Assembly: GCA_002104905.1 (NCBI GenBank)
Contig: MCFE01000031.1
Coordinates: 62,001 to 126,000, forward strand
DNA from: Basidiobolus meristosporus CBS 931.73
Lineage: Eukaryota; Fungi; Basidiobolomycota
Length of the DNA: 64,000 bases
Direction of reading: 5' to 3'
Position numbers and translations under genes: made by a program. Under the pieces are notes generated by a model, which made no database searches, was not told where the DNA came from, and was given only the letters and a program-made list of their open reading frames with translations. The stretch's first letter is position 1. Each line of letters opens with the position of its first letter. Shown here piece by piece: positions 12,601 through 24,802 of the stretch.

Positions 12601-14160
12601 GCTGATGGTACAATTGAAAGATGCAAAGTAAGACTTGTGGCTGTAGGATACTCTCAAACAAAAGGATTTGACTATACTGAGACCTCTGCACCAATAGCAA
12701 AGCTTAATTCCATCAGATCAATATTGGCTATTGCAGCCCAATATAAATTTTTGTACATCAAATGGATGTTAAAACTGCATTTTTGAATGGAGAACTTGAT
12801 AAGGATGTGTATATGGACCAGCCTGATGGGTTTGTTGACCAAGATAACCCCCATTTGGTCTGGAAGCTCAAAAAGTCACTATATGGTCTCAAACAATCAC
12901 CAAGAGCCTGGAATTGCAAGATAGATTCTTATTTGGAATCTTTGAGTATCAAAAGGAATAATGCTGACTATAGTATATACTATAAGCCAGATAGAGAAAG
13001 TCCAGCACTATTAGCTCTATATGTGGATGACCATATTATATCCGCCTATAACCTAGAAACATTGGAAGAGACTAAATCCAGCCTATCTAAGAAGTTCAAG
13101 ATACCCAATCTAGGAGAGCTTAGTTACTACTTAGGGATTAAGTTCTCCATATACAGAAGTACCCAGACTATTAACCTAAGCCAATCCAAGTATATTCAAG
13201 ATATACTAAAGAAGCACAAAATGGAAGTCTGTAAACCAGCAGCTACCCCAATGGAGACAATCCTTAACATGATCAAAACTCAACCAAATCAAGAGAGCTT
13301 GGTGCCATCTGAAAGCTCTTACTTTCCTAAGCAATCTATGGTCAGCAGTGTGATGTATATCATGCTTGGAACAGCTTCAGATATCTCCTATTCAGTGGGA
13401 GTTGTCAGCCAACATAATCAGAACTATGGATCTGATCATATTGCAGCAGTTAAGTGGATTTTCAGATACCTAAAAGGAACTGCTGATATCTGCTTAAGAT
13501 ACACTTATAAGAATTTAGAACAGGGTCTTGTGGGATACTCTAATACAGAATAGGGACAAAACTTGGAAGACAAAAGATCCACCACAGAGTACATCTTTCT
13601 TTACTGTAAAGGAGCAATTTCATTGAATTCAAGAAAGCAACCAACCATAGCACTTTCTACTACAGAGGCAGAGTATATGGCAGCCTGTGAAGCTACAAAA
13701 GAAGAAATGTGGTTAAGAAAGCTTTTTACAGCTTTAGGCCTATGTCAAAAAACACCTATTACTTTATTTCAAGATAATCATGGATGTACACAATTAGGTA
13801 GAAATCCAACTTTTCATACTAGAGCTAAGCACATAGATATTAGACATCATTTCATACGTGAAGCTATAGAGAGTAACTTAGCTTAGTTTACTGTCCTTCA
13901 GATGAAATGATTGCAGAGATATTCACCAAACCATAAGTTAGAGACAAGTTTGAATATCTTAGGTCAAAATTAGGACTGGTCAGTATGAACATTTAGCCAA
14001 GTGCGAGTGTTGTGAAAAAATTGGAATTCAACCTAAATATTCACCTAGCTTAGTCACTTAGATCATTACCTTCAAATCCTAGAGAATACTGACCAAATTC
14101 CTTGTTGGGATTTACTTAGAATATTTTCACCAAAATACCGGTACCCAGAACATGAAAATT
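9679..14160 (+). mobile_element. Ty1/copia family A, copy A1 (degenerate gag-PR-IN-RT-RH)
   Basis: 5' LTR 9679-10028 (TG..CA); PBS GGTTATGAGCCC 10029-10040; CNYCKRKGH knuckle, [28 protein letters not shown] / LYVDD, RH ADxFTK; PPT, then a 3' LTR from 14008 truncated at ~14160. Confidence 0.93.
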
Positions 14161-14164
14161 CAAA

Positions 14165-17016
14165 ATTTTTCACAACAATATATATGTGGCTTTTGATTGG
14201 TTCCCTGCAGATTTGCTCACTTTCTGATCCTGGACACTCTATCACCTCCTACATTTGTGTGCCATGCTTGGCTATTGCCTCATTTTCACACTCCTTACTT
14301 CCTGACTCAACAGCTTCTATTACTTTTCATGCTTACAAATTGATTAATTTCCATTGGAGCTTCAGTTGTACTTCAACTGCCAATTGTATTGACCTATACA
14401 AGTCCCTATACCCTACACTAACATTAAGTCCAACCCCACACTTAATAAGTAACTCCATTAAAATTCACCACTCAATAAGTATTTTGGCTGTCATGCACTG
14501 GTTCCACAACTTTGGCAAGATCCCAATGGCTTTATGCCACTGTTCACTCACTGGTTTCCACACATCCTGGTCTTCAGCCAGCACTGCAAGGTCTAGCACC
14601 TCATCTGCCAGTATTTGTAATAAATCCTTGCAATATTCCAGTGCGTTTTCTTGAGCACTGCTCATGAAGAAGTGCCACAACCTCTTGGTGTGCCTATTAA
14701 TGTTCCAAAATTCCACCAAAGGCATTGTGATAGTCTTTTGAGCCCTTGATGCTGTAGCCTTGTCTGTCAGTGGGATCTCCACTCTGTCAACAATGGAGGA
14801 TGTGGAGGCTGTGGTAGACAAAGTGCCTTTTTCAGCAAGCTCATCTACCATGCTGGAGGGTAGCTCAACTGGCTGCGCTTCCAACTGTTGTGAAAACAAC
14901 TGTTTTTGTATTGGTAAGTCTTCTTGGCTACAAAGGAATTCAGTCTGTTCTGGGCTTGCGGCATTAATTGGCAAGAACTGCAGTTTTTTTTGCATGCCTC
15001 CCTGTCTCAGGCTTGGGTAGACATTTTTCCCTTTACCTTTTCCTTTATCACTGCCAGGTCTTTCACTACTACTTTGTTTAAGTGCTTCTTGTAATGAACT
15101 ACATTTTCTCCTTGATAAAATCTGCTTTGACACATCTGTTTTGACCTGCTTGTCCCTTGCTGGCACTCTTCTGGCAACCTAATGTTTCTTTTCCACTTGT
15201 TTTGAGCTCCCAACCATAGTTGTGACAGGCTCCTGTAAAAGCTGCTGGTTTTATCACTGCCAGGTCCTCCACTGCTACTTTGACTGAGTGCTTCTTGAGT
15301 AGTAATATGCTTTTTCCTTCATAAATGTTGTGCTGGTCCATCTGTGTCTGCCTGCTTGTCCCTAATTGGCCCTCTTCCAGCTACCTGACATCTCTTTGAC
15401 GCTTGTCTGGAGCTTTTGGCCCTGCTTGTGACAGGCTTTTGAGGAAACCGCTGGTTTTTAGCCATGGCACCCTTGTTCTTCTGCCTTTGCTAGTTTCTGC
15501 TATTCTTAAGATACCAGACTTGTTCCATTGGATAGTGCCACATTGAGCCATGAGTGCCAAATGATGCCATAGTGTGCCAGAGAGGTAGAGTGAGCCTATA
15601 CTTGGCCACAGAGTGTGAAACATAGCTCTGCATCTTCATGTAAAGCAGCCCCTGTGTTTCACCCATTGCGCAGGAGAAAATCCATTTTTTGACCTTTTTT
15701 TGTGGATCAATGTAGCTCAGGATGTGTAAGAGCACAGGAGAACTGAAGATATGCATCTGGTACTCCATACCCATGGTGCTCTGAATCTAGCTCCTGTAGC
15801 TTGTATCATGTCACAGAAATGAATGGCACTATCTTGGTCCACTGGTACTATCTGGCACTATAAGTACTTTGTATAGATCTTACTTTAGGACTAATATTTA
15901 AGTATAGTGCCAGATAGTACCAGTGGACCAAGATAGTGCCATTCATTTCTGTGACATGATACAAGCTACAGGAGCTAGATTCAGAGTGCCATTGGTATTG
16001 AGTACCAGATGCATATCTTCAATCTGCTTGTGCGCTAACACATCCTGCACAATATTGATCCAAAAAAAATGTCAAAAATAGATTTTCTCCAGCACAATGG
16101 GTGAAACACAGGGGCTGCTTTGCATGAAGATGCGGAGCTATGTTTCACACTCTGTTGCCAGGTAGAGGCTCACTTGGCCTCTCCGGCACACTATGGCAGC
16201 ATTTGGCACTCATGGCTCAATGTGGCACTATCCAACAGAACAAGTCTACTTTCTTAGCATACTAATGCTGGCCCAAAATCTGTTTGCCTGCTTGAGTCCA
16301 GAATAATGCTCATGGAACAAGTCAAGTGCATTCTACTTAGCCTTGAGTTTCTGATGGTCCCATGGTATGCTGGCCTTAAGGTGATGGTGTACTAGACTTC
16401 AGATGGCCTCTTGAATATTTGCCCACTCTTCATTATTGCACCCAACAGCTTCAAAGATCCTCAATGTCTTTTGATTTTTAGGCTTTGGTATAAACACCAC
16501 ATTATCTCCCTCCCATGTTGTGATAGGTTTTTCTGTGGGCTTTATCTTTGGGCACTGTTGTTGTGCTTCAAAGACTGTATGGTGTTCCTCTACTGTTACA
16601 TTGGGAAATGGCTCAATTCTTGGCTGTGACATTGAGCTACTTAGGTTCCTTCTTTGCAGCAAAGATACTGCTTTCTCTACCTGGGATACTGATTGCTCTA
16701 CATGTATTATCCGCTTGTCCTGTTTCTGGACTATTTCCTGATTTCTCTGGGTTATTGCATATATCCTATCAGCCACTGCACCTAATTGCTTCATTAATGC
16801 TTTGGTATGAGCTGATAACATGCTTGCTAATATGGGTGGTGGTGATGTTATGATGGCCACTTGCTGGTCTTCAACTGAGGGCACTGTGCTTGCTACATTC
16901 TCATCTGCCTGAGCATAATTGTCAGCTTGTGGCTCCACCAAGGTTCTCAATTGCCTACTTGACTGTGAGCCTGAGGAGTCCACATTATTACCTTCAGTGG
17001 GCACTCTCATGATCAC
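14165..17016 (-). pseudogene. Accessory ORF of the CACTA-like element (about 700 codons when repaired; interrupted by a foldback element, stops and a frameshift)
   Basis: ORF-track pieces 16399-17016, 15099-15341 and 14465-15166 are collinear. The frame continues past stops at TGA 16399 and TAG and across the 15516-16247 insertion. Homologous fragments lie at 8700-9400, 21233-21461 and 21600-21930. Confidence 0.7.
15516..16247. mobile_element. 732-bp foldback element (arms ~347 bp, 40-bp spacer)
   Basis: AGACTTGTTC...GAACAAGTCT; flanks acc/act. The empty site cttaagatactttcttag is visible in the paralog at ~21315. Confidence 0.92.
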
Positions 17017-17276
17017 ATGACATCCCTGGTCTCCAATTATCTAGCCAAATCAAGTCAGTTGAGAAATCCCAGTTCCTTCTAGAAAGTTCTACTACATTTT
17101 AGCAACTTTTTGAACACTCCAAGTCAACATTACAATATGGAACATTCTACAGAAGCTTCCCATTAGAATTTATGCAGTCCCACACCATATATGGTAGTTA
17201 CATGTCACCTGACCTAGTCATATGATCAGCTGACCCCTGACATATCTCCATGTGAGATTCCAGTCTGTTCTTTATT

Positions 17277-17487
17277 AGACTTGTTCCATTGTGCCACTGA
17301 TCATAGTGCCAGAAAGTGCTGTATATTTTGTTATTAATTTGATATTTTAGGGTCAAATGCATGTCAATTTTGATCCCAAATTGGCACTGTATGGCACCAT
17401 CTGGCACTCTGTGGCATGATCAGGCACCATCTGGCATGCTATGGCACTACTGGACACTATGATCAGCTGGAATGATGGAACAAGTCT
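17277..17487. mobile_element. 211-bp MITE of the AGACTTGTTC family
   Basis: TIR AGACTTGTTCCAT / ATGGAACAAGTCT, perfect TSD ATT; second copy at 50716-50926. Confidence 0.92.
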
Positions 17488-18160
17488 ATTATATTCCATC
17501 TTGGCACACTTACTGTGCCTCACCCCAGAACCCCATCAGTACTAGCCAATATCTCTTGGCATCCATATTGCCAAAAAGTGTATATAGTCCTATCCCTCCT
17601 TGTATATTCCTCAGTCTGATAAACATAGGTCTTGAACAAACAGCCTTGCCTTGGAAATTTGCCTTGCCTTGTTGATCCACAACTAAGTCCTTTCCTGGTC
17701 CTGCCTTGCCTAGCCCTACTCTCCTGCCTTGTGTCTATTCATAACAGGCACACTGTTAACATGGCCTTTTTTGGATGTAGCCCTGCTTGTTGCACCAAAT
17801 GTCAAAGCAAGCTGTTGTCCAATTGTTCTTCTGTTACCATCAGTGGTGGGGTTTGATTGGGAACCAGACAACTTTGCTTTATTTTTTTTTTGGGTTTGAT
17901 TGGGAACCAGACAACTTTGCTTTATTACTTGGCAGCATATATACAGAAGTGAGTCAAACTAAAGGGGAAGTAGTATTACATATATATGTGTATGTGATGC
18001 CACAACTTCATTTATAATGCTTACTATGGCGGGTCATCATTGAATCCTACATTCTTGTAGGTGCAATGTCTCAAATACAAGACTGTCTTAAATTCACATG
18101 AGTATTGACCAAAAAGTGATATAATAGCATTACATTTTTGAAGGTCAAGCTGCTTGCCCC

Positions 18161-20743
18161 ATGGACAAGACTACTTTGACACAATGCTGTAAGAAAAGAG
18201 AAAAAAGGCCATGTGGCTATTGTAGCAAGCTGCTCAGCTGTGAAGCACTCAGACAGCAGTTGATACTTCTATATTGGCACCTGGCCATCTTTGTCACCTT
18301 GCGCAAACTGAGTCAGGTGAATTTGTGACACCTTTATGCTCACCTCAGCCTTCTGAATATGGTATGCAGAGTGATAGATCTGACAAGGAAGGTTCACAGA
18401 TGGATTGTGAGCCTATCTCCCCTAACAACAGTACTATATATGAGCCTGGTCAAATCCCAATATGCAATGAGACAACTACCATTGAAACAAATGCCAAGGA
18501 TACTTTATGGAGCCCAGTGGGCCCAGTAATCCATCCACTAGTGAATGATATGATGTTGTGGCTAGAGAAGGGGTGTGTTTCCACTAATATCAGTAATGGG
18601 GGCTTTGGGGATTTATTACTACTTCTTGCCAAAATCATTCCAGGATGCAACTTACCATGTACATAGTAAAAGTGGACAACCATCATGCGGCTGGCAACAT
18701 ATGATCCAGAGACTGTCCTGATTCCAGCATGTGTTAACAGTTGCATGGCATTGACATCCAAAAATGCAACCATTGCAACATGTCCAAATTGTCAGGAATC
18801 CACCACCATTGAGGGAAAACAATGTACACACTCTGCATATATTCCAATAATACACCATCTGAGGAAGCCAATGCAGTCCAACAAATATTGCAAAGTTATA
18901 CAGTACTACACTCAGTATCAATCAAGTGCAAACATATCCAATATATTCAATGGGAAACATTACAAACAGCCAAGAAGCAAGGGCTACTTTGAAGGTATGT
19001 ATGACCATGCCTTTGCCTTAGCACTTGATGGATTCTCATCAAACAAGTACTCTACCAGCAAATCCTGCTGGCCACCAATTCTCATCAATCTGAATCTGCC
19101 ACCCATCTTACAGTGTCAGAGCAATAATGTGATAGTAGTCTCACTGGTATCTGGGCCTAAATCACTGTCCAACCTGGATAGCTGCCTGTATCCATTGCTG
19201 GATGAATTTTGTATGCTTTCCAGTGGGATAACAGTAAATGGCCATCATGGAAAAGCCCATGTTATTATCTGCACTGGAGATAGCCCAGCCATCAGCAAGT
19301 TAGCAGGTTTTTGCAAGCATAATGGACAGTATTACTGTTGAATGTGTGAGATCCAGGGGATTTACTCCATAACTCACACATATTATTATAACCCAAATGC
19401 CAGCATTACAAACATCATCTTTCCTCAGAGAGAATGTACAGAAGTTAGCATGCAATTGCAGCAAAGTTGGCAAGCTATAAGCTATTGGCCAGAATATGGA
19501 ATCAATTGGAAACCAGAGATACTTAAGATAGAGGGTAACTATTGGAGCAAAAGCTTTCCACTGGGAGCAATGCATTTACTTTTCAACAATATTCCTATAC
19601 TGATGACCAAGTTGTACATGGGGCATTTCAAGCTAAATGAGCTCTTCAAGATACTGGAGAAATTTGAAAGAATTGGCAAGATATTACAAAGTATTCACTA
19701 CCCTAAGTACTTCTCACAAGCTCCAATCAGTACTCATATGCATATACAACAATACAAATGCAAAGACTGGATGAACTGGATATGTATTTATTCAAGAGGC
19801 ATTCCAATGCCATTTCTACCAACAGTACAATGGAAACACTGGGAGCCATATGTGTACATTTTAGAAATATTTATCCACAAGCCAATCACTAATGCCAACT
19901 TGACACATCTACAGCTGTTGTGTGAGCAGTTTGTGATGGGATTTGAGTGGCTATACTACAAACATAAAGCTGAATGCATAGATATCTGCTGCTAATGTAT
20001 CCATTTTCTACTCCATCTTGCATGGTGTTTGGGAATATTGAGCCTTGTTTCACCTTTTAGGAGTTTCCTATGGAGCGGATGTGTGAGGAGATAGGAAGAC
20101 AAGTCAAGTTACAGGTACTACCATATCCCAAACTCATTAATAATATTACCTTTAAATCTGTCATAGATGTGATGAGTAGGCACATGAAGGACAGCCAGGA
20201 AGAGTTGGAAAATATTGAGGACAAATGTGGATATGGAAACACCTATGCCTATGGCATTAAGAAGCTAAGCAGCCCCAATATGTGGGTAATCAGTCAAGTA
20301 ATGCAAAGTGGGGATAGGTGCAACAAACTACTAATTTTATTAGGAAAACTCTACCAAGGTATGTTGGATTTCTCTTGGTCACAAGCCAACTTCTACACCA
20401 TTCAATACAGAGTTCACACAAACAAGAGCCAGAGTGCACCTATAAGGGGGACTAGAATCCAGCAGGGAGAAGGAATATATTGAATAAGTATCAAGAAGTT
20501 CTTTGCAGATATTCAGGAGGAATTCATGGCAAAAGTGGCAACAACCAAGTATTTGTTTGCAAGATGTATATGTTACCAGCAGTACAAGGTATATGGCAAC
20601 TTTGCAAGTGTTACACTAAAAAGCCGTAAAGTGGAGGTGATAGAAGTGTGTCAATTGTGGCAGGTGCACGTGTTTGTAGAGGTTAGTAAGCAGGAGGCCA
20701 TAGTTTTTTTTAGATTTGAACTCTATGTTGAATACCCAAAGTA
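18161..20743 (+). pseudogene. CACTA/EnSpm transposase (Transposase_21 / tnp2 type), with stops and frameshifts
   Basis: ACVNSCM..CPNCQ; ALALDGF..SCWPPILINLNLPP..SGPKSLSNLDSCLYPLLDE..AHVIICTGDSPAISKLAGF.KHNGQYYC*MC; GAMHLLFNNI; FPMERMC. Confidence 0.9.
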
Positions 20744-21461
20744 GAAGTGGGTAAGCAAATAAAGAGGGGTAATTCTACAGTGGAATATATGAATTGCACA
20801 AGGGGAGGTAGAAAAAGGAAGTACCATATGTTAAATTGGTACAGTAGCATTATACAGAACCAGCTGTAGGCTGCCATACTGCCAATCCAAAGCCATTGGA
20901 GTTTTGCTTAGAGCTTGTTGAAATACCGTCATGTTTCTTGTCATATAAGGCAATTAGATGTCCTGGCCAGTTGGATCCATTTACAATAGTTGTAGAGCGC
21001 AATAAGACCACAACAATATCATGCAATTATTGTTACAGCACCAATCAAACCCCATCAAGTTTTATCACTTTATTTGGTAGTAAAATTAGCAAAATGCCAT
21101 TGTGATCCTATCATAAGATTATTAAGAGGGTCACTAATTCCAAGCTGCTGGCATTATGACAGTCTCTCAATGGGATCCTGATGGCTGATCTGGATTGGAT
21201 CCACCTACAGGACCAAATTATTTCTCATAGGGTGCTTGTAATGGGCTCTGTAGAAAGCCACTAGCATTCAGCAATGACACTCTTGCTTTTCTGCCCTTGA
21301 TAGTTTCTACTAATCTTAAGATACTTTCTTAGCATACCAAAGCCAGCTTAAAGTCTGCTTGCTTGTTTGAATCCAGGAAAATGCTCATAGAGCATGTCAA
21401 GCACATTCAGCTTGGCCTGGAATTTGTGATGGCCCCATGGTATACTGGCCTCAAGGTGATG

Positions 21462-22256
21462 CCTCATGAGAAATATTTGTGATGATCCTGACACAAGGCC
21501 ATGACAAAATTAAAGTCCCACAACTAAGAGGTATTGATCATCTCTGTACACCATGCAAAGACCATTGAAAGATGATTGCACCCCAGATTTCACAAAAAGC
21601 TTTGTTGAAATTTTTCATCAAAGCATTACATGGGTGGCTTTTAATTAGTCCTTTGCCAATTTTCTCACTTTCTGATCCTGGACACTCAATAGCTGCCTAT
21701 GTTTGCTTACATTGATTGGCTGTTGCCTCCTCATCACACACCTTACTTCCTGACTCAACCAATTGTCTTACTGTTCATGCACACAAATTAATTTGTCTGT
21801 TGAAACCTCAGTTGTACCTCAGTTGCCAATTGTATTGACCTGTACAAGTCCTTACACCCAACATCAACATTAAGCCCAACCCTACACTCAACAAGCAACT
21901 CCATTAAAATCCACCATTCAATAAGTATTCCCTACAAAAAATTATTGCAATGATCCTATCAAAAGGCCATAACCAATTCTAAGTCCCATGACTAAGAGGT
22001 ATGGATCCCATCAGGACCCCATGCAAAGACTGTCAAAAATAAATCCACCTCAGATTTCACAAAAAACATGGTCAAAATTTTTCATCAATACAATACAAAA
22101 GTGGCTTCTGATTGGTTCTCTGCCAACTTTCTCACTTATTGATCCCAGACACTCTATCACCTCCAATACTTGTGTGCATTGATTGGCTATTGCCTCTTAT
22201 TCACACTCCTTACTTTTTGACTCAACAGTTTCTCTTACTTTTTATGCATACAAATT
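21462..22256. mobile_element. Two further tandem left-end fragments of the CACTA-like family
   Basis: TIR-like starts cctcatgagaaatatttgtgatgatcc (21462) and ccctacaaaaaattattgcaatgatcc (21930), each followed by the same subterminal sequence as at 8502 and 9570. Confidence 0.8.
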
Positions 22257-22289
22257 AGACTTGTTCCACTGGATAGTACCACATATTGC
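22257..22289. mobile_element. End of another AGACTTGTTC-family element, split by copia B1 (probable continuation 28969-29050)
   Basis: att|AGACTTGTTCCACTGGATAGTACCAC; B1 flanks attgc/agtgc look like a 5-bp TSD with one mismatch. Confidence 0.55.
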
Positions 22290-24068
22290 AGTTGAAATAC
22301 TGCTCAGCAGCTAAAAATTTACTTGACAATTCTGGACTAGTCTTGGTGACTACGGGACTAATTTACAGCTCTAAATATGCCACTATCTTCAGATCTTTAG
22401 TCCTATGATTATTCCCCTATAGTCAGGTTCAAATTAGCACTATTACTAAACATTATGTACTAACCCTGAAACTGTTACAGAATGCTCCTGAATATTGAGA
22501 AACCCTCCTTACTTAGTGTTACAGCTGTATTACTTCTACAAAGGTATAGATACTGAGCTTCTTTATTAATAAACAACAGCTCTACAATTATCACTATTTC
22601 TTGTGAAGTTCCTTATATCCAAGTCACTTCTTAAATTGCAACATGTTATGAGCCCTGATTGCCTTAATCTATTCTAAAGATGACTACTACCAGCAAACAG
22701 AACAACACAAACATCTTCCCTGTAAAGGGGAGGCTTGATGGAAAGAACAACAGACACTGAAGAATCAAGATGTAGATCCACCTTGAGGAAAGGAAGCTTT
22801 GGAACATAGTAACAGGAAAAAAAGTTGAGCCCAAAGGAACAGCACAAGAAGTGGAGAAGTTTGAAGGGAAGGAGAGAAAAGCCTTTAATGCCATATGTAT
22901 TAATGTATAAGATTCCCTCATTGGACAAATCCATGCCTCAAATACTGCCAAAGCAGCATGGGAATCCTTAGAGAAGATCTTTCAAGCAAAGTTAGTTTCA
23001 AGCAAACTTTATTTAAAACAAAAGTTCTTCAACATGAGGAAGAAGCCAAATGATGACATGCTACAACTCATTACCAGAATGGTGACACTTGCAGAAGAAC
23101 TTTACAGTATTAATGCTGGTGTAGATGATGAAGAAAAGATACTCTGTCTGCTTTGCAGCCTACTAGACAGGTATGAGTCACTCACACTTTCTTTTGAAAG
23201 CAGTGAAGACAATTTGACTTTAGACTATGTCAAAGGAAGACTTCCCCATAAAGAACCCAGATATAATGATCAAGCAGAGAAATTTGAAGATAATGCTTTA
23301 TTCAGTTCAGAAAGACACTCAGAAAAGAAGGGAAAGCAACAAAACTAAAGAAAACCTGGTTGCTGCAACTATTGTAAAAAGCCAGGACACTGGGCAAGAA
23401 AATGCAAGAAGAAACAAGCAGACAAAAAACACAAACTAGAGCAGGCAAACCATATAACTGCTGATGAACAGTTACTTGTAACCGTACAAGAGAGTGCAAG
23501 TAACCAAAGTAATGAATGATATATTGACTCTGGAGCATCACAGCATATTTGTGATATAAAGGAGTGGTTCAGCAACTTTAAGACTATAATTGTAGGAAAG
23601 GTTTATCTGGGAGATAACTCTGCTTGGATGCTACTGCCAGAGGGTCTATACAGCTAAATATGGGCAATAGCTCAGGGGCAACAACAGCAACACTGACTGA
23701 CGTACTCTATGTACCTGAAATAGCTAAGAACCTACTCTCAGTCAGTAAAGCAACTGCTAAGGGACTGAAATTTGTTTTTACTAAGATGAGCTGCACAATA
23801 TGGAGTGAAAATGGACAAAAATTAGCTTTGGGAATCAGAGATCACAATATACACAAGTTAAAATGCAAGATCAGTGTACCTGAGTATGTCAACATTGCTG
23901 AAACTGATGAAACCAACTGGGATACATGGCATAGGAGCCTAGGACACATTGGGGAAAAGAAAATGAGCCAATTGGTGAAACATCAGCTTGTTTTGGGCCT
24001 AAAATACCCAATTCCAATCAAACTGAATGTTTGTAAGGGATGTTCACATGGCAAACAAGCTAGGCAAT

Positions 24069-24802
24069 AGACTTGTTCCGTTGGATAGTGCCACATTGAG
24101 CCATGAGTGCCAAATAGTGCCATAGTGTGCCTGAGAGTCATAGCAGACCTAAACTTGGCCACAGAGTATGGCATATAGTTCTTCATATTCATGCAAAGCA
24201 GCCCCTGTGTTTCACCTACGGTGCAGGAGAAAATCAATTTTTTAACCTTTTTTTTGGGATCAAAATTGTGCATGACATAAACAAGCACAGACAGACTGAA
24301 GATATGCATCTGGTACATAATACCCATGGCACTCTAAATCTAGCCCCACAGGCTTGTAGCATGTCACAAAAATGCATGGCACTATCTTGGTCCACTGGCA
24401 CTATCTGGCACTATAAGTGCTTTGTATAGGTTCTACTTTAGGGCTAATATTTAAATATAGTGCCAGAGAGTACCAGTGGACCAAGATAGTGCCATGCACT
24501 TTTGTGACATGCTACAAGCCTGTGGGGCTAGATTTAGAGTGCCATGGGTATTATGTACCAGATGCATATCTTCAGTCTGTCTGTGCTTGTTTATGTCATG
24601 CACAATTTTGATCCCAAAAAAAAGGTTAAAAAATTGATTTTCTCCTGCACCGTAGGTGAAACATAGGGGCTGCTTTGCATGAATATGCAGAACTATATGT
24701 TGCACTCTGTGGCCAAGCTTAGGTCTGCTATGACTCTCAGGCACACTATGGCACTATTTGGCACTCATGGCTCAATGTGGCACTATCCAACGGAACAAGT
24801 CT
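24069..24802. mobile_element. 734-bp foldback element with near-identical arms
   Basis: Arms 24069-24415 and 24456-24802; perfect TSD AAT. Removing it restores the copia frame (R-Q-C-F-K-S-S-E-G). Confidence 0.95.

Larger units (their letters stand above)
9570..21232. mobile_element. Complete CACTA/EnSpm (CMC)-type DNA transposon with CCCTA termini (~6.2 kb net of nested inserts)
   Basis: Left TIR CCCTATGAAAAATTATT at 9570; right TIR AATTATTTCTCATAGGG ending at 21232; 3-bp TSD TGC at 9567-9569 and 21233-21235; internal Transposase_21-type ORF. Confidence 0.9.

Noticed and set aside
14380-14470. Ankyrin-like look of ILMELLIKCGVGLNV in the accessory ORF
   Set aside because: Single weak match with no repeat periodicity or TPLH motif.
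16310-16325. TIR-like catggaacaagtca 65 bp beyond the foldback end
   Set aside because: Lies in the accessory-ORF frame (LDLFHE); the paralog at ~21385 has homologous coding sequence with no insertion, so it is probably coincidence.
17390-17460. Short TGGCAC-type repeats that might suggest a CRISPR or satellite array
   Set aside because: Irregular 6-bp motifs inside a MITE of a eukaryotic genome; no repeat-spacer structure and no cas genes.
24127-24744. Two near-identical ~100-aa ORFs on opposite strands (also MGxEYQMHIF.. ORFs at 15490, 30015, 37749)
   Set aside because: By-products of the palindromic foldback arms; not conserved as ORFs between subfamilies.
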